A DNA stretch of 64,000 nucleotides from Candidatus Sumerlaeia bacterium (GCA_033764015.1 JANRJK010000017.1:32001-96000), one strand, 5' to 3'. Positions 43,183 to 53,361 are shown, counted from the stretch's first letter. Numbers and translations: made by a program. Notes: a model not told the origin generated them from the letters alone.

Positions 43183-44421
43183 CTAAATCCCATCGCCGTG
43201 GTCGGCGAAGAGGGGCGCGGAGCGCAGCTTGTAACCGAGGTACGGCGCGTAGAGCGACGGTTCGAGCAGGAACGAGTCGTGCCCCTTCTCCGAATTCACG
43301 GTGATGTGCTCGTGCGGCACCCCGGCGGATCGAAGCGCCGAGGCGATCTCCGCCTGCTCTTCGGGGTAGAAGCAGACGTCTGAGCTGATCGAGAACAGCA
43401 GCCACGATTGGTGCGCGCACGGGGCGAAGAGCGCCGGCAGGCCGCCGCAGCCCGCCCGCGACGGCACATCCCAGGACTGCCAGGCGTCGAGGATCCGGAG
43501 GTAGGTGTTCGCGTCGAAGCGAGGCGTGAACTTCTTTCCCTGGTGCAGCAGGTACGACTCGATCGGGTGGCGCAGCCGGTAGCGCGCCAGCCGGTCGCCG
43601 GCTTCCACGATTTCGCCGCGGGCGCGGCGCTCCATGAGCGAAAGCGAAACGAACGTCTTGTGGCTGATCATGCGGGCGAGGGCGAGCCCGCGCTCGGGGC
43701 CGGGTCCGCCGTAGTAGTCGCCGCCGCGGAACTCCGGGTCCGACTCGATGGCGAGGATCTGTTCGAGGTTGTGCGCCTTGGCCAGCGAGGTGGCCCGCAG
43801 CCCCGTGGCGATCGGCACCACCAGCTGCGCCCGCCGCGAGTGCCGCAGCGCGAAGTCGACCGCGCAGCAGCCCCCGAGCGAAGCCCCCACCACGGCGTGT
43901 AGCGCGTCGATGCCCAGCTCGTCCAGCAGCCGGGCGTTCGCGTCCACGATGTCTTCGACGGCGAGCGCCGGGAAGCGGCTGCCGTAGGGCTCGCCGCTTT
44001 CCGGGTCGATGCTCGAAGGCCCTGTGCTGCCGTAGCAGCCGCCCGGGTAGTTCGCGCAGATGACGAAGTACCGCGACGTGTCGAGCGCCCTGCCGGGCCC
44101 GATGAAGTCGTCCCACCAGCCCTCGTGGCATTCCGCCGTCCAGAACCGGTTCGCGGGGCCGACCGGATCGTGGCCCGCGGTGTGGTGGCTACCGCTCAGC
44201 GCGTGGAAGAGCAGGATCGCGTTGTCGCGCTGCGGCGAAAGCGTGCCGTGCGTTTCGTACGCGAGCGTGAGCGACTCGAGCGCCCCGCCGTCGCGGAACC
44301 GGAAGGGGCGCGACGGCGCGGCGATGTCGAGGAACCGGGTGCGCGAGAGCGGCGCCGGCTCCGCGGCGGCTCGCGGCGCCCCGGTCCGGAGCGCGGGCTT
44401 CGATTGCGAGAGGGTGGGCAT
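43183..44421 (-). CDS. metX: Homoserine O-acetyltransferase
   Basis: HALSGSHH, WWDDFIGPG, GGCYGSTGP, GASLGG, KGHDSFLLE. Confidence 0.92.
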   Translation of the reverse strand: MPTLSQSKPALRTGAPRAAAEPAPLSRTRFLDIAAPSRPFRFRDGGALESLTLAYETHGTLSPQRDNAILLFHALSGSHHTAGHDPVGPANRFWTAECHEGWWDDFIGPGRALDTSRYFVICANYPGGCYGSTGPSSIDPESGEPYGSRFPALAVEDIVDANARLLDELGIDALHAVVGASLGGCCAVDFALRHSRRAQLVVPIATGLRATSLAKAHNLEQILAIESDPEFRGGDYYGGPGPERGLALARMISHKTFVSLSLMERRARGEIVEAGDRLARYRLRHPIESYLLHQGKKFTPRFDANTYLRILDAWQSWDVPSRAGCGGLPALFAPCAHQSWLLFSISSDVCFYPEEQAEIASALRSAGVPHEHITVNSEKGHDSFLLEPSLYAPYLGYKLRSAPLFADHGDGI

Positions 44422-44422
44422 C

Positions 44423-45739
44423 TCAGCCCACCGCCACGCCGGGTGCGCCGACCGCCGCGTGGAGCGCCCGGTCGAGATCGTCGATGATGTCGTCGACGTG
44501 CTCGATGCCGATGGAGAGGCGGATCAGCTCCGGCGCGATGCCGCCGGCGCGCTGCTGCTCCTCCGTGAGCTGGCTGTGCGTCGTCGTCGCCGGGTGGATC
44601 GCGAGGCTCTTCGCGTCGCCCACGTTTGCGAGGTGGCTGAAGAGGCGCAGTGCCTCGATGAAGCGGCGCCCCGCGGCGGCGCCGCCGCGGATGCCGAACA
44701 CCACCATGCCGCCGAAGCCGTGGCGGAGGTACTTCCGCGCGGTCGGGTACGTCGGGTCGTCCTCGAGTCCAGGATATCGAACCCACTGGACGGCGTCGTG
44801 CGCGGCGAGGAAGCGCGCCGCGGCCAGCGCGTTCGAGCTGTGGCGCTCCATGCGCAGCGGAAGCGTTTCGATCCCCTGCAGGAAGGCCCAGGCGTTGTCC
44901 GGCGAGATGCACGCCCCGAGGTTGCGCAGCGGAACGATGCGGGCGCGGACCGCGTAGGCGACGGCGTTGAGGTCGCCGAGGTCGTGGGCGAAACGCAGGC
45001 CGTGGTAGCTGGGGTCGGGCTCGTTGAAGAGCGCGAACTTGGGGTCGGTCCAATCGAATCGGCCGCTGTCCACCAGCACGCCGCCGATGCCGGTGCCGTG
45101 GCCGCCGAGCCACTTGGTGAGCGAGTTGGCGACGATCGTGGCGCCGTGCTCGATCGGACGCAGCAGGTAGGGGGTCGCGAAGGTGTTGTCGACGACGAGG
45201 GGCAGGTTGTGCGCCTGCGCGATATCGGCGATGGCGTCGAAGTCCGGGACGTTCAGCGCGGGATTGCCGCAGGACTCCACGAACAGTGCGCGGGTCCGCG
45301 GCGTGATGGCGCGGGCGAAGTTCTCCGGGTCGCGGGGATCGACGAAGCGCGTCGCGATGCCGAACTGCGGATGGATCGCGTCGAACATCGTGTAGCTGCC
45401 GCCGTAGAGGTCGTTGGCGGAGACGATCTCGTCGCCGGCGCGCGCGAGGTTGATGATGGCGTAGTGGATGGCGCTGGTGCCGGAGGCGAGCGCGACCGCG
45501 GCGGCGCCGCCCTCAAGCGCCGCGACGCGCTCCTCGAGGACCGCGTTCGTCGGGTTCGTGAGGCGCGAGTAGATGTTGCCGAGCTCCTTGAGCGCGAACA
45601 GGTTCGCGGCGTGCTCGGTGTCGCGGAACGTGTAGCTGGAGGTGCGGTAGACGGGCACCGCGCGCGAGTGCGTCGCGCTGTCCGGGGAGTAGCCCGCGTG
45701 GATGCACTGCGTCTCGAAGCGGAAGGCGTCCTGGCCCAT
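44423..45739 (-). CDS. metY: O-acetylhomoserine sulfhydrylase
   Basis: NIYSRLTNPT, DNTFATPYL, SLTKWLGGHG, HLANVGDAKSL.IHPA.TTH. Confidence 0.93.
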   Translation of the reverse strand: MGQDAFRFETQCIHAGYSPDSATHSRAVPVYRTSSYTFRDTEHAANLFALKELGNIYSRLTNPTNAVLEERVAALEGGAAAVALASGTSAIHYAIINLARAGDEIVSANDLYGGSYTMFDAIHPQFGIATRFVDPRDPENFARAITPRTRALFVESCGNPALNVPDFDAIADIAQAHNLPLVVDNTFATPYLLRPIEHGATIVANSLTKWLGGHGTGIGGVLVDSGRFDWTDPKFALFNEPDPSYHGLRFAHDLGDLNAVAYAVRARIVPLRNLGACISPDNAWAFLQGIETLPLRMERHSSNALAAARFLAAHDAVQWVRYPGLEDDPTYPTARKYLRHGFGGMVVFGIRGGAAAGRRFIEALRLFSHLANVGDAKSLAIHPATTTHSQLTEEQQRAGGIAPELIRLSIGIEHVDDIIDDLDRALHAAVGAPGVAVG

Positions 45740-45762
45740 TGCGCGTCCCTTTCCGGGTGAAA

Positions 45763-45782
45763 GTGTTTAGGATATTAAACAC
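45763..45782. promoter_or_regulatory. Palindromic operator-like site upstream of metY
   Basis: GTGTTTA-GGATAT-TAAACAC, about 24 bp from the metY start. Confidence 0.6.
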
Positions 45783-45806
45783 ACTGGACGCTCCCCGCAA
45801 GTAGAA

Positions 45807-45833
45807 GCGCCGCGCCCCGGAAGGGCGCGGCGC
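45807..45833 (-). terminator. Probable intrinsic terminator of the 45870-46331 gene
   Basis: gcgccgcgccc/gggcgcggcgc stem followed on the minus strand by ttctactt. Confidence 0.55.
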
Positions 45834-45869
45834 GATAAAGCGTTCCATCGGGGCGGCCCTCCCGGGCGC

Positions 45870-46331
45870 CTACTCCCGGTCCCGCCGGCCCGCGTGCCGC
45901 GTGTGGTAGTGCCAGTTGGTCGAGGCGAGGAAGTACACGAACGCCAGCGGGCTCGCGGCGGTCGCGAGGCCGGTGCCGAAGCGCGCCCACCAGCCCGGCG
46001 CCTGCTCCTGGTGCACGTAGCCGACCACCGCCGCCGCCGCCGCGCCGAGCGCCAGAAGCCACAGCCCGACGCTCCGCGCCAGCGCGGCGTCCGCAAGGCG
46101 CTCCGACGGCGACACTCCGCGCCACGGATGGAAGAAGCCGGCGACCGCCGCCCCCGCCGCCGCCGCCAGCGCGCCCTCGAAGAAGCTCTGCTCGAGGAAC
46201 GGACGCGCCTCCGCCCGGTTCAGCACCACGCTCGACGCCCACGCCAGCGCGAACACAACTCCACCCGCGAGGAACGTCTGTCCCCATCGCTGGTGGAATT
46301 CGTCGCGGGCGGTGTCGAAAGATTCGTCCAT
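45870..46331 (-). CDS. Hypothetical four-TM membrane protein
   Basis: Four hydrophobic stretches; fills the gap between metY and the divergent hydrolase. Confidence 0.65.
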   Translation of the reverse strand: MDESFDTARDEFHQRWGQTFLAGGVVFALAWASSVVLNRAEARPFLEQSFFEGALAAAAGAAVAGFFHPWRGVSPSERLADAALARSVGLWLLALGAAAAAVVGYVHQEQAPGWWARFGTGLATAASPLAFVYFLASTNWHYHTRHAGRRDRE

Positions 46332-46427
46332 GATTCGTCCAAGCCTGCCGTCCGCCGTTGCCACCGTCAACCTCATATCCGATGCTGGCTGTATGCCTTG
46401 CCCGCCACCCTCGAACGGGACCGATCC

Positions 46428-47795
46428 ATGAGCCGCCTCCGCTCGCTTTCCACGGCACTCTCAATGCTCGCCGCCCTCGCCGCCGCCCCCGCGCAGGACG
46501 CGGCGCCGGCGCCCGAAACCGCCGCCGACCTCCCCGCGGTCTCGCAGGCGCTCGTCTCCGGCCTGTTCAACGGCGGAGCCGTCGAGCTGCACGGGCGCTT
46601 CGACGACACGATGAAGGCCGCGCTCCCGCCGCAACGCCTCGGCTCCATGGTGCCCGAGCTGGTGCGCGCCTACGGAGCTTTCCAGCGGGCGGACACCGCG
46701 ACGGCCGCCCCGCTCGAACAGGGCGGCGTCCAGTACACACTCGTCCGCTTTCCGCTCGTTTTCGAGAAGGGCGAGCTCGAAGCGCGCGTGTCCTGGGCCG
46801 GCTCGGAGGGCGCCTTCCTGATCTCGGGCCTCTTCTTCGCCCCGCCGGCGGCGCGCGCGGACAGCCCGGACTCGCTCCCGCCCTACGCCGTGCCCGCAAA
46901 CCTCGTCGAGCACGCGGTCGAGGTGAACGGCCTCACCGGGCGCTTGACGTTGCCCAAGACCGCCACCGCGGAGTCGCCGGTGCCCGCTGTGGTGCTGATC
47001 CACGGCAGCGGCCCGAACGACATGGACGGCAAGATCGGGCCGAACAGGCCGCTGCGCGACCTCGCGCTCGGGCTCGGCACTTACGGGGTGGCGGTGCTGC
47101 GATACCACAAGCGCACCTACGAGGCCCCCGGAACGCTTTCACAGGTCGAGCGCCTCACGCTCCGCGACGAGGTCGAGGCGGACGCGCTCGCCGCGCTCGA
47201 ACTGCTGCGCGCGCGCCCCGAGGTGGACGCCGCGCGCGTGTTCATCCTGGGCCACAGCCTCGGCGGCGCGTTGGCGCCCAAGATCGCGGCGGAGGACGGG
47301 CGCACCGCGGGCGTCATCGTCCTCGCCGGAACGGCGCGGATGAGTTATCAGATCGTGCTGGACCAGATCGACGTGGTCGAGGCGTCGCGCGGCCCGGAGA
47401 TCGATCCCTCGGAACGCGCCCAGTTCGAACGCCTCCGCGGGCAGCTCCGCGGCCTTGCGGACGGCACCGCCGAAGATCCCGCGGAAGCGGTCATGGGGGC
47501 GCCGGGCTACTACTGGGACGAGATCATGGCAATCGACACCGCCGGGATCGCGAAGGCGCTGCCGGTGCCCGTCGCGGTCCTTTACGCCGGCAGCGACTAC
47601 CAAGTGCCGCCCACGCAGGCGGAGCTGTGGGGACCCGACTTCCCGCGCAGCGACCGCGACGTGCTGCGCGTGTTCCCCGGCCTGTCGCACTTGATGATGG
47701 CGGGCGCGGAAGGCTCGCCGAAGGACTACGACCTGCGCGGCCACGTCGACAGCCAAGTCGTCGAGGCCATCGCCCTCTTCATCCTCGCCCGCTAG
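46428..47795 (+). CDS. Exported alpha/beta hydrolase with DUF3887-like N-terminal domain
   Basis: Signal peptide; FDDTMKAALP...ISGLFF; HGSGPNDMD, GHSLGG, DYQV, GLSH. Confidence 0.87.
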   Translation: MSRLRSLSTALSMLAALAAAPAQDAAPAPETAADLPAVSQALVSGLFNGGAVELHGRFDDTMKAALPPQRLGSMVPELVRAYGAFQRADTATAAPLEQGGVQYTLVRFPLVFEKGELEARVSWAGSEGAFLISGLFFAPPAARADSPDSLPPYAVPANLVEHAVEVNGLTGRLTLPKTATAESPVPAVVLIHGSGPNDMDGKIGPNRPLRDLALGLGTYGVAVLRYHKRTYEAPGTLSQVERLTLRDEVEADALAALELLRARPEVDAARVFILGHSLGGALAPKIAAEDGRTAGVIVLAGTARMSYQIVLDQIDVVEASRGPEIDPSERAQFERLRGQLRGLADGTAEDPAEAVMGAPGYYWDEIMAIDTAGIAKALPVPVAVLYAGSDYQVPPTQAELWGPDFPRSDRDVLRVFPGLSHLMMAGAEGSPKDYDLRGHVDSQVVEAIALFILAR

Positions 47796-47948
47796 CCCGC
47801 GGGAGCGCGACCACCGGGGGCGGCCCCGCGGCAGACCACACCTAGCACAGAGTCGGCTGCGAGCACGTCCCCGTGGGGCGTCGCAAGTCGGGTGGCAGCC
47901 TCCACGTCCGCAGGCCCGGCCGTAGGTGCTCATGGCGCGGGTCCGCCG

Positions 47949-48008
47949 ATGGGACCCTGTAAGACTCTATCATTGACAACATAAGTCCTCAATAGAGTCT
48001 GTCCCCAT
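47949..48008 (+). promoter_or_regulatory. Inverted repeat reaching the start codon of the cyclase-kinase gene
   Basis: AGACTCTAT (47962-70)/ATAGAGTCT (47992-48000) plus outer atgggac/gtccccat; TTGACA lies in the loop. Confidence 0.55.
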
Positions 48009-51000
48009 GGACACTGTTGCTGTCGGGGCACCGGAGCTGAAGGCCCTGCTACTCACGGACCTCGTGGGTTCGACGCAGCTTGTCGAGTCGGTCGGGGATG
48101 CGGAGGCGGCGCGGCTTGGAGCGCTCCACGATGCGGCGGCGAGGTCGCTGTTGGCGGGTTTCACGGCCCGCGAGATCGACAAGACGGACGGCTTCCTCTT
48201 CCTGTTCGACCGCGCGGCGGACGCGTTGCGCTTCGCACTCGCGTACCACGCGGCGCTCCGCGGCCTCTCCGCGGATTCGGGGCGCCGCCTCGAGGCGCGC
48301 GTGGGGATCCATTTGGGTGAGGTGTACCTGCGGGCGAATCCCCCGGCGGACGTGGCGCGGGGCGCGAAGCCGTTCGAGGTGGAGGGTCTGGCGAAGCCGC
48401 TCGCTGCGCGGGTGATGTCGCTCGCGGAGGGCGGCCAGACGCTGTTGACGCGCGGGGCGTTCGACATGTGCCGCCGCGCGGTGGTGGGGGACGCATCATT
48501 CCCCCCGGGGCTCCAGTGGGTGGCCCATGGACCCTACCTTCTCAAGGGGGTGGAGGAGCCGGTCGACATTTTCGAGGCGGGGGAGGCCGGAGTGTCCCCG
48601 TTGCGGCCGCCCGCCGACAGCACGAAAGCGCGCCGGGCGCTACGTCCCGGCGAGGAGGAACTGCTAGGGTGGCGCCCCGCTCCCGGCGGGCAGGTGCCAG
48701 GTCGGCCGGGGTGGGCGCTGGACCGGAAACTCGGCGAGGGCGGATACGGCGAGGTCTGGCTGGCGCACTTCGCCAAGACGCGCGACCAGCGGGTCTTCAA
48801 GTTCTGCTTCGACCCGGACAGGGTCCGCGGGCTCAAGCGCGAGGTGACGCTTTTCCGCGTCCTCCGCGAGGTGCTGGGGGACCGGAAGGACATCGCCCGG
48901 ATCCTCGAGTGGAACTTCGAGCGGCCGCCTTACTTCATCGAGAGCGAGTTCACCCCCGGCGGCTGCCTGGTGGATTGGGCGGCGGGGCGCGGCGGCTTGG
49001 CGGGCATCGCGCTCGACCGGCGCATCGAGTTCGCCGCGGAGGTGGCGGAGGCGCTCGCCGCCGCGCATAGCGTCGGGGTGCTGCACAAGGACATCAAGCC
49101 GTCGAACCTGCTCGTCGCGGAGGACTCGGCCGGGGAGCCGCACGCGCGCCTGGCGGACTTCGGGATCGGGCTGGTGACGGACAGGGCGGTCCTCGCGGTT
49201 GCGGGTGTCACCGGGACGGGATTGAGCGAGGCTTCATTGACCGCGAATGATAGCAGCCGCACCGGCACGCGGCTCTACATGGCGCCGGAGCTGCTCGAGG
49301 GGCGCCCTGCAACCATCCAGTCGGACCTCTACGCGCTCGGCGTGGTCCTCTACCAATTGGCGGCGGGAAGGCTGGGGCATGCGCTGGCGGCAGGCTGGGA
49401 GGCGGACATCGGCGATGCGCTCCTGCGCGAGGACATCGCGGCATGCGTGGCGGGGGATCCGGCGCGCCGTTTGTCATCGGCGGGCGAACTGGCGGCGCGG
49501 CTCCGCGGGCGCCCCGCAAGGCGCCGCGCGCGCCTGCGCCGGAGCGCCGCCCGGGGCGTGGCAGCGGCGGCGGTGCTCCTAGCCGCAATCGCCTCGGGCG
49601 CGCTGTGGACCGCCCATGCGCAATCGCTCCGCGCCACCCGCGAGGCAGCGCTCCGCCTCGAAGCGGAACAAGCCCGCCGCGCCGCCGAGCAGCAGTCCGC
49701 CCTCGTCCTCGAACGCCTCAAGGGTACCTCCGCCTTGGTGGGCTTCACGCTGTCCGACCTGCGGGAGGTGCTCGACCTAGAGCGCGAGCATGACAAGCGG
49801 ATTGCGAAGACCGTCGCGAAGGGAGTCGGCGACTACTACCGCGGCGTCCCGGCGGACGGCCTCGACGAGCGCTCGCGCCTCGAACACGCCGCGCAGCTCG
49901 AATCGGTCTCGCGCGCGTTCCTCGAACTCGGCGTGCTGGAGGACGCGGAGCACCTCGCTTCGGAGTCGCTGCGGCTGCGCCGCGCGTTGCTGGCGCCGGA
50001 CCATCCGGATGCGCTGCGCTCGCGCGCGGCCTTGGCCTCCGTGCTGCGCACGAGGGCCCGGCACCAGGATGCGCTGGAACTTTGCGGCGCATCGCTCGCC
50101 TTGATCGCCGCCAAGCCCGGCGGGGAGCCCTCCGCCGAGTTCGAGCTGCTCTGCGCCCAAGCATCCGTCCTCGAGGACATCCGCGAGTATGGCAAGGCCG
50201 AGGTGATCTTCGAACGCGCGGTTTCCCTGGAAGGGGGCCCGGGGCCGCTCGAGCGCGCCGATGCGCTGCAGTCCCTTGGGGTCCTCCGAATGTGGATGAA
50301 CAAGTTCGACGAAGGCGAGGCCGACCTGCTCGAGGCGCTCCGCCTCACGGAGGCGCATGCCCCGCACGACGAGTTGGCGCTCGCCGCGCGCCGCAACGCC
50401 CTTGGGCTGCTCTACTACTACATGGGCAGGCTCGACGCCGCCCGCGCGCACCTCGAAGAGGCGATCGCGGTCCGCACCCGCCGCCTCGGCGCCGAGCATG
50501 CCTCGACCCTCAGCAGCAAGAACACCCTCGGGTGCGTCCTGGGGCGCGACCCGGCGGACAAGGCGCGCTGCGAGGAAATCTACCGCGAGGTGTTGGCAGG
50601 CTTCGAAGCCGTCTACGGACGCGACCACCCGAACTACGGCCTGATGCACAACAACCTCGGGACGTTCTACGCGAAGGAGGGGCGGCTGGACGAGGCGGAG
50701 CACCACCACCGCGAGGCGCTGGCCGCGCGCATCCGCGCCTACGGGGCGCAGCACGCCACCATCGGCGAGTCGCGATGGCACCCCTACAACATCCACCTGC
50801 GGCGCGGCGACCGCGCGGCGGTCCGCGCCCTCTTCGACGAGGCGGTCGCGACCACCGCCCGCGTGACCGGCGGGGAGAGCCTCGAAACCTGCAACGAGTT
50901 GCTCGAAAGCGCCTCGCGGTTCCTTTCCGCCGACATGTTGGACGATGCGGAACGCGTGTCCATGCGCGCCACGGAATTGGCAGTGTCCCGCTACCCCGAG

Positions 51001-51597
51001 GCGCAACCCTGGGCCTTCAGCAGCGGCTCGCATATCCAGTCCGCCCGCGGCTGCCACGAGGACGCGGAACGGTTGATCCTGGCCGCCATCGACGCACACC
51101 TCCGCCATCCGAAGGGCGGCAGCCTTCCGGACCTTTACCGTTCGCTGGCGTTGGTGAAGGAGGCGCAAGGGGACTTCGCGGCTGCCGATGCCGCCTTCGA
51201 GTTCGCGCTGGCGCACAACCAGGCGAGCCTAAACTTCGAGCCCCGGATATCCGTGCTGCACATCGAGCGCTACCTCGCGGAGTTCAAGGCTCGGCGCGGC
51301 GACTTCGAAGCGGCCCACTGGCTGCTGGGACATGCGCTGGCGGAGTGCCGGCGCCAGATCGGCCCTTCCAACGTCACTACGCGCGAGATGATCGAGGCGC
51401 TATTGCTTGTGGGGGAGCAGCAGGCGGCAGCCGCGTCGACTCCGGAGGCCGCCGGGGAGGCGTGGCGCGAGGTGCTCCTGACACTTGGCGAGATCGACAT
51501 GTCATGGCTAACCGCCGCGGGGCGTGAGCGCTATGGGAAGGCGCAGGCGTCGACCGCGCCTCAGCCGGCCGCTGGCATCGCGGACTCCTCCGGCTGA
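48007..51597 (+). CDS. Class III nucleotidyl cyclase-like domain + Ser/Thr kinase + TM + TPR protein
   Basis: LLTDLVGST, DKTDG, RVGIHLGEV, LKGV; kinase GEGGYG, HKDIKPSN, DFG, YMAPE; hydrophobic helix; kinesin-light-chain-like TPRs. Confidence 0.88.
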   Translation: MDTVAVGAPELKALLLTDLVGSTQLVESVGDAEAARLGALHDAAARSLLAGFTAREIDKTDGFLFLFDRAADALRFALAYHAALRGLSADSGRRLEARVGIHLGEVYLRANPPADVARGAKPFEVEGLAKPLAARVMSLAEGGQTLLTRGAFDMCRRAVVGDASFPPGLQWVAHGPYLLKGVEEPVDIFEAGEAGVSPLRPPADSTKARRALRPGEEELLGWRPAPGGQVPGRPGWALDRKLGEGGYGEVWLAHFAKTRDQRVFKFCFDPDRVRGLKREVTLFRVLREVLGDRKDIARILEWNFERPPYFIESEFTPGGCLVDWAAGRGGLAGIALDRRIEFAAEVAEALAAAHSVGVLHKDIKPSNLLVAEDSAGEPHARLADFGIGLVTDRAVLAVAGVTGTGLSEASLTANDSSRTGTRLYMAPELLEGRPATIQSDLYALGVVLYQLAAGRLGHALAAGWEADIGDALLREDIAACVAGDPARRLSSAGELAARLRGRPARRRARLRRSAARGVAAAAVLLAAIASGALWTAHAQSLRATREAALRLEAEQARRAAEQQSALVLERLKGTSALVGFTLSDLREVLDLEREHDKRIAKTVAKGVGDYYRGVPADGLDERSRLEHAAQLESVSRAFLELGVLEDAEHLASESLRLRRALLAPDHPDALRSRAALASVLRTRARHQDALELCGASLALIAAKPGGEPSAEFELLCAQASVLEDIREYGKAEVIFERAVSLEGGPGPLERADALQSLGVLRMWMNKFDEGEADLLEALRLTEAHAPHDELALAARRNALGLLYYYMGRLDAARAHLEEAIAVRTRRLGAEHASTLSSKNTLGCVLGRDPADKARCEEIYREVLAGFEAVYGRDHPNYGLMHNNLGTFYAKEGRLDEAEHHHREALAARIRAYGAQHATIGESRWHPYNIHLRRGDRAAVRALFDEAVATTARVTGGESLETCNELLESASRFLSADMLDDAERVSMRATELAVSRYPEAQPWAFSSGSHIQSARGCHEDAERLILAAIDAHLRHPKGGSLPDLYRSLALVKEAQGDFAAADAAFEFALAHNQASLNFEPRISVLHIERYLAEFKARRGDFEAAHWLLGHALAECRRQIGPSNVTTREMIEALLLVGEQQAAAASTPEAAGEAWREVLLTLGEIDMSWLTAAGRERYGKAQASTAPQPAAGIADSSG

Positions 51598-51644
51598 AGG
51601 GTCGCTGGAGCGCTACGCTCCGACCGGAGCATTCCGGGTGGCCG

Positions 51645-51959
51645 CTATTCGTCCAGCTTCCGCGGCTTGCGCGCGGCGATGTCGGGGCCGAGTTCGCTCT
51701 TGCGGGCCTCCCGCCAGGAACCCAGCTCCGCGACCAGTTCCTTGGCGGAGCGCACCTCGCCCCCTTCGCGGCGGTCGTGCTCCCGCTGGATCGAGCCTTT
51801 GACGGTGCCGCCCTTGACGGTGAAGGAGGGGGAATCCGGGATGCCGCGCGCCATGGGCCCGCCGCACGCATGGCAGGCAACCGCGGGCGACTCCTTGATG
51901 GAGTGGCGCACTTCGCGCACAGCGCCGCAGGCCGGGCAGTGGTAGTCGTAAAGGATCAT
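51645..51959 (-). CDS. FmdB family zinc-ribbon protein
   Basis: MILYDYHCPACG...CHACGG...F.VKG. Confidence 0.82.
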   Translation of the reverse strand: MILYDYHCPACGAVREVRHSIKESPAVACHACGGPMARGIPDSPSFTVKGGTVKGSIQREHDRREGGEVRSAKELVAELGSWREARKSELGPDIAARKPRKLDE

Positions 51960-52071
51960 GGTGGAGAACCGCTTGGCGAACTCGGTGCCAAGAGCGGGCC
52001 CCATCGCGGTTGACCGCTTTATCGCGTCGCAGCACCCTTCAAGCATCCCCGTCCACGCAGGCATTCCGAGC

Positions 52072-53361
52072 ATGACCCCACCGCGCCGCCCGATGCACCC
52101 CCAGACGCAGATGCTGATGGCGGGCTACGACCCGCAACTCAGCGAAGGCTCCGTGGTCCCGCCGCTCTTCCGCACCAGCACGTTCGTCTTCCGCAGCGCC
52201 GCGGACGGCAAGCGCGCGTTCCAGCTCGCCTACGGCCTGGACGAGGCGGCGCCCGGCGAGATCCCCGCGCTGATCTACACGCGCGTGAACAACCCGAACG
52301 TAAACATCGTCGAAGACCGCATCGTGGCATGGGACGGCGCGGAGGCTGCGGCCCTGTTCTCCTCCGGCATGGGCGCGATCGCGTGCGCGTGCTTCACGCA
52401 CCTCCGCCCGGGGGACTCGCTCCTGTTCGCCGATCCAGTCTACGGCGGCACCGAGTACCTGTTCCGGCACAGCCTTCCCGAGTTCGGCATCCAAGCGGTC
52501 CCGTACCCCGCCGGCTCGAAGATCGAGGTCGTGCGCGAGATGGCCGCCGGGATGAAGAACCTCAAGATGATCTACATGGAGACCTGCGCGAACCCGAGCT
52601 CGGTGCTGAACGACATCGCGGCCGCCGCGCAGCTCGCGGCGGAGCTCGACCCCCGCCCGCTCGTGGTGGTCGACAACACCTACCTCGGGCCGGTCTTCTG
52701 CCAACCGATCCGCCTCGGCGCGGACATCGTGGTGTACTCCGCGACGAAATTCATCGGCGGCCATAGCGACCTGATCGCGGGGTTCGCGCTCGGGCGGCGG
52801 AGCGTGGTGACGCCGATGCTCGGCACCCGCACGATCTTCGGCGCATGTCCCGACCCGGAGACCGCGTGGCTGATCTGCCGCTCGCTCGGGACGCTGCGCC
52901 TGCGCATGGAGAAGCAGGCGGAGTCCGCCGCGCGCGTCGCGCGCTTCCTCCAGTCGGACCCGCGCGTGAAGGACGTCTTGTTCCCCGGCCTCGACTGCAT
53001 GGGCACCGACCAGGTGGAGCTTTACCAGCGCCAGTGCAGCGGCCCCGGTTCCGTCATGTCGTTCACTGTCGAAGGGGGCGAGCGCGAGGCGTTCGCGGTG
53101 CTCGACAACCTCCGCGTGTTCCACCTCGCCGTGAGCTTGGGCGGCATCGAGTCGCTCGCAGAGCACCCGTACACCATGACCCACGCGGAACTCGACGCGG
53201 AGATCAAGGAGCGCGTGGGCATTTCGCCGGCGCTGGTGCGGATCAGCGTGGGACTGGAGGACGTCGACGACCTGGTCGCGGACCTGCGGCAGGCGCTGGA
53301 CGCCATGGAGCGCATGGTCGCCCGCGACCGCTCCGAGGAGCTGGCAAGCTACAGCATCTGA
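52072..53361 (+). CDS. Cys/Met metabolism PLP-dependent enzyme (methionine gamma-lyase / cystathionine gamma-synthase-like)
   Basis: PPLFRTSTF, YTRVNNP, SSGMGAI, DNTY, SATKFIGGHSD, AVSLGGIESL.EHP. Confidence 0.9.
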   Translation: MTPPRRPMHPQTQMLMAGYDPQLSEGSVVPPLFRTSTFVFRSAADGKRAFQLAYGLDEAAPGEIPALIYTRVNNPNVNIVEDRIVAWDGAEAAALFSSGMGAIACACFTHLRPGDSLLFADPVYGGTEYLFRHSLPEFGIQAVPYPAGSKIEVVREMAAGMKNLKMIYMETCANPSSVLNDIAAAAQLAAELDPRPLVVVDNTYLGPVFCQPIRLGADIVVYSATKFIGGHSDLIAGFALGRRSVVTPMLGTRTIFGACPDPETAWLICRSLGTLRLRMEKQAESAARVARFLQSDPRVKDVLFPGLDCMGTDQVELYQRQCSGPGSVMSFTVEGGEREAFAVLDNLRVFHLAVSLGGIESLAEHPYTMTHAELDAEIKERVGISPALVRISVGLEDVDDLVADLRQALDAMERMVARDRSEELASYSI

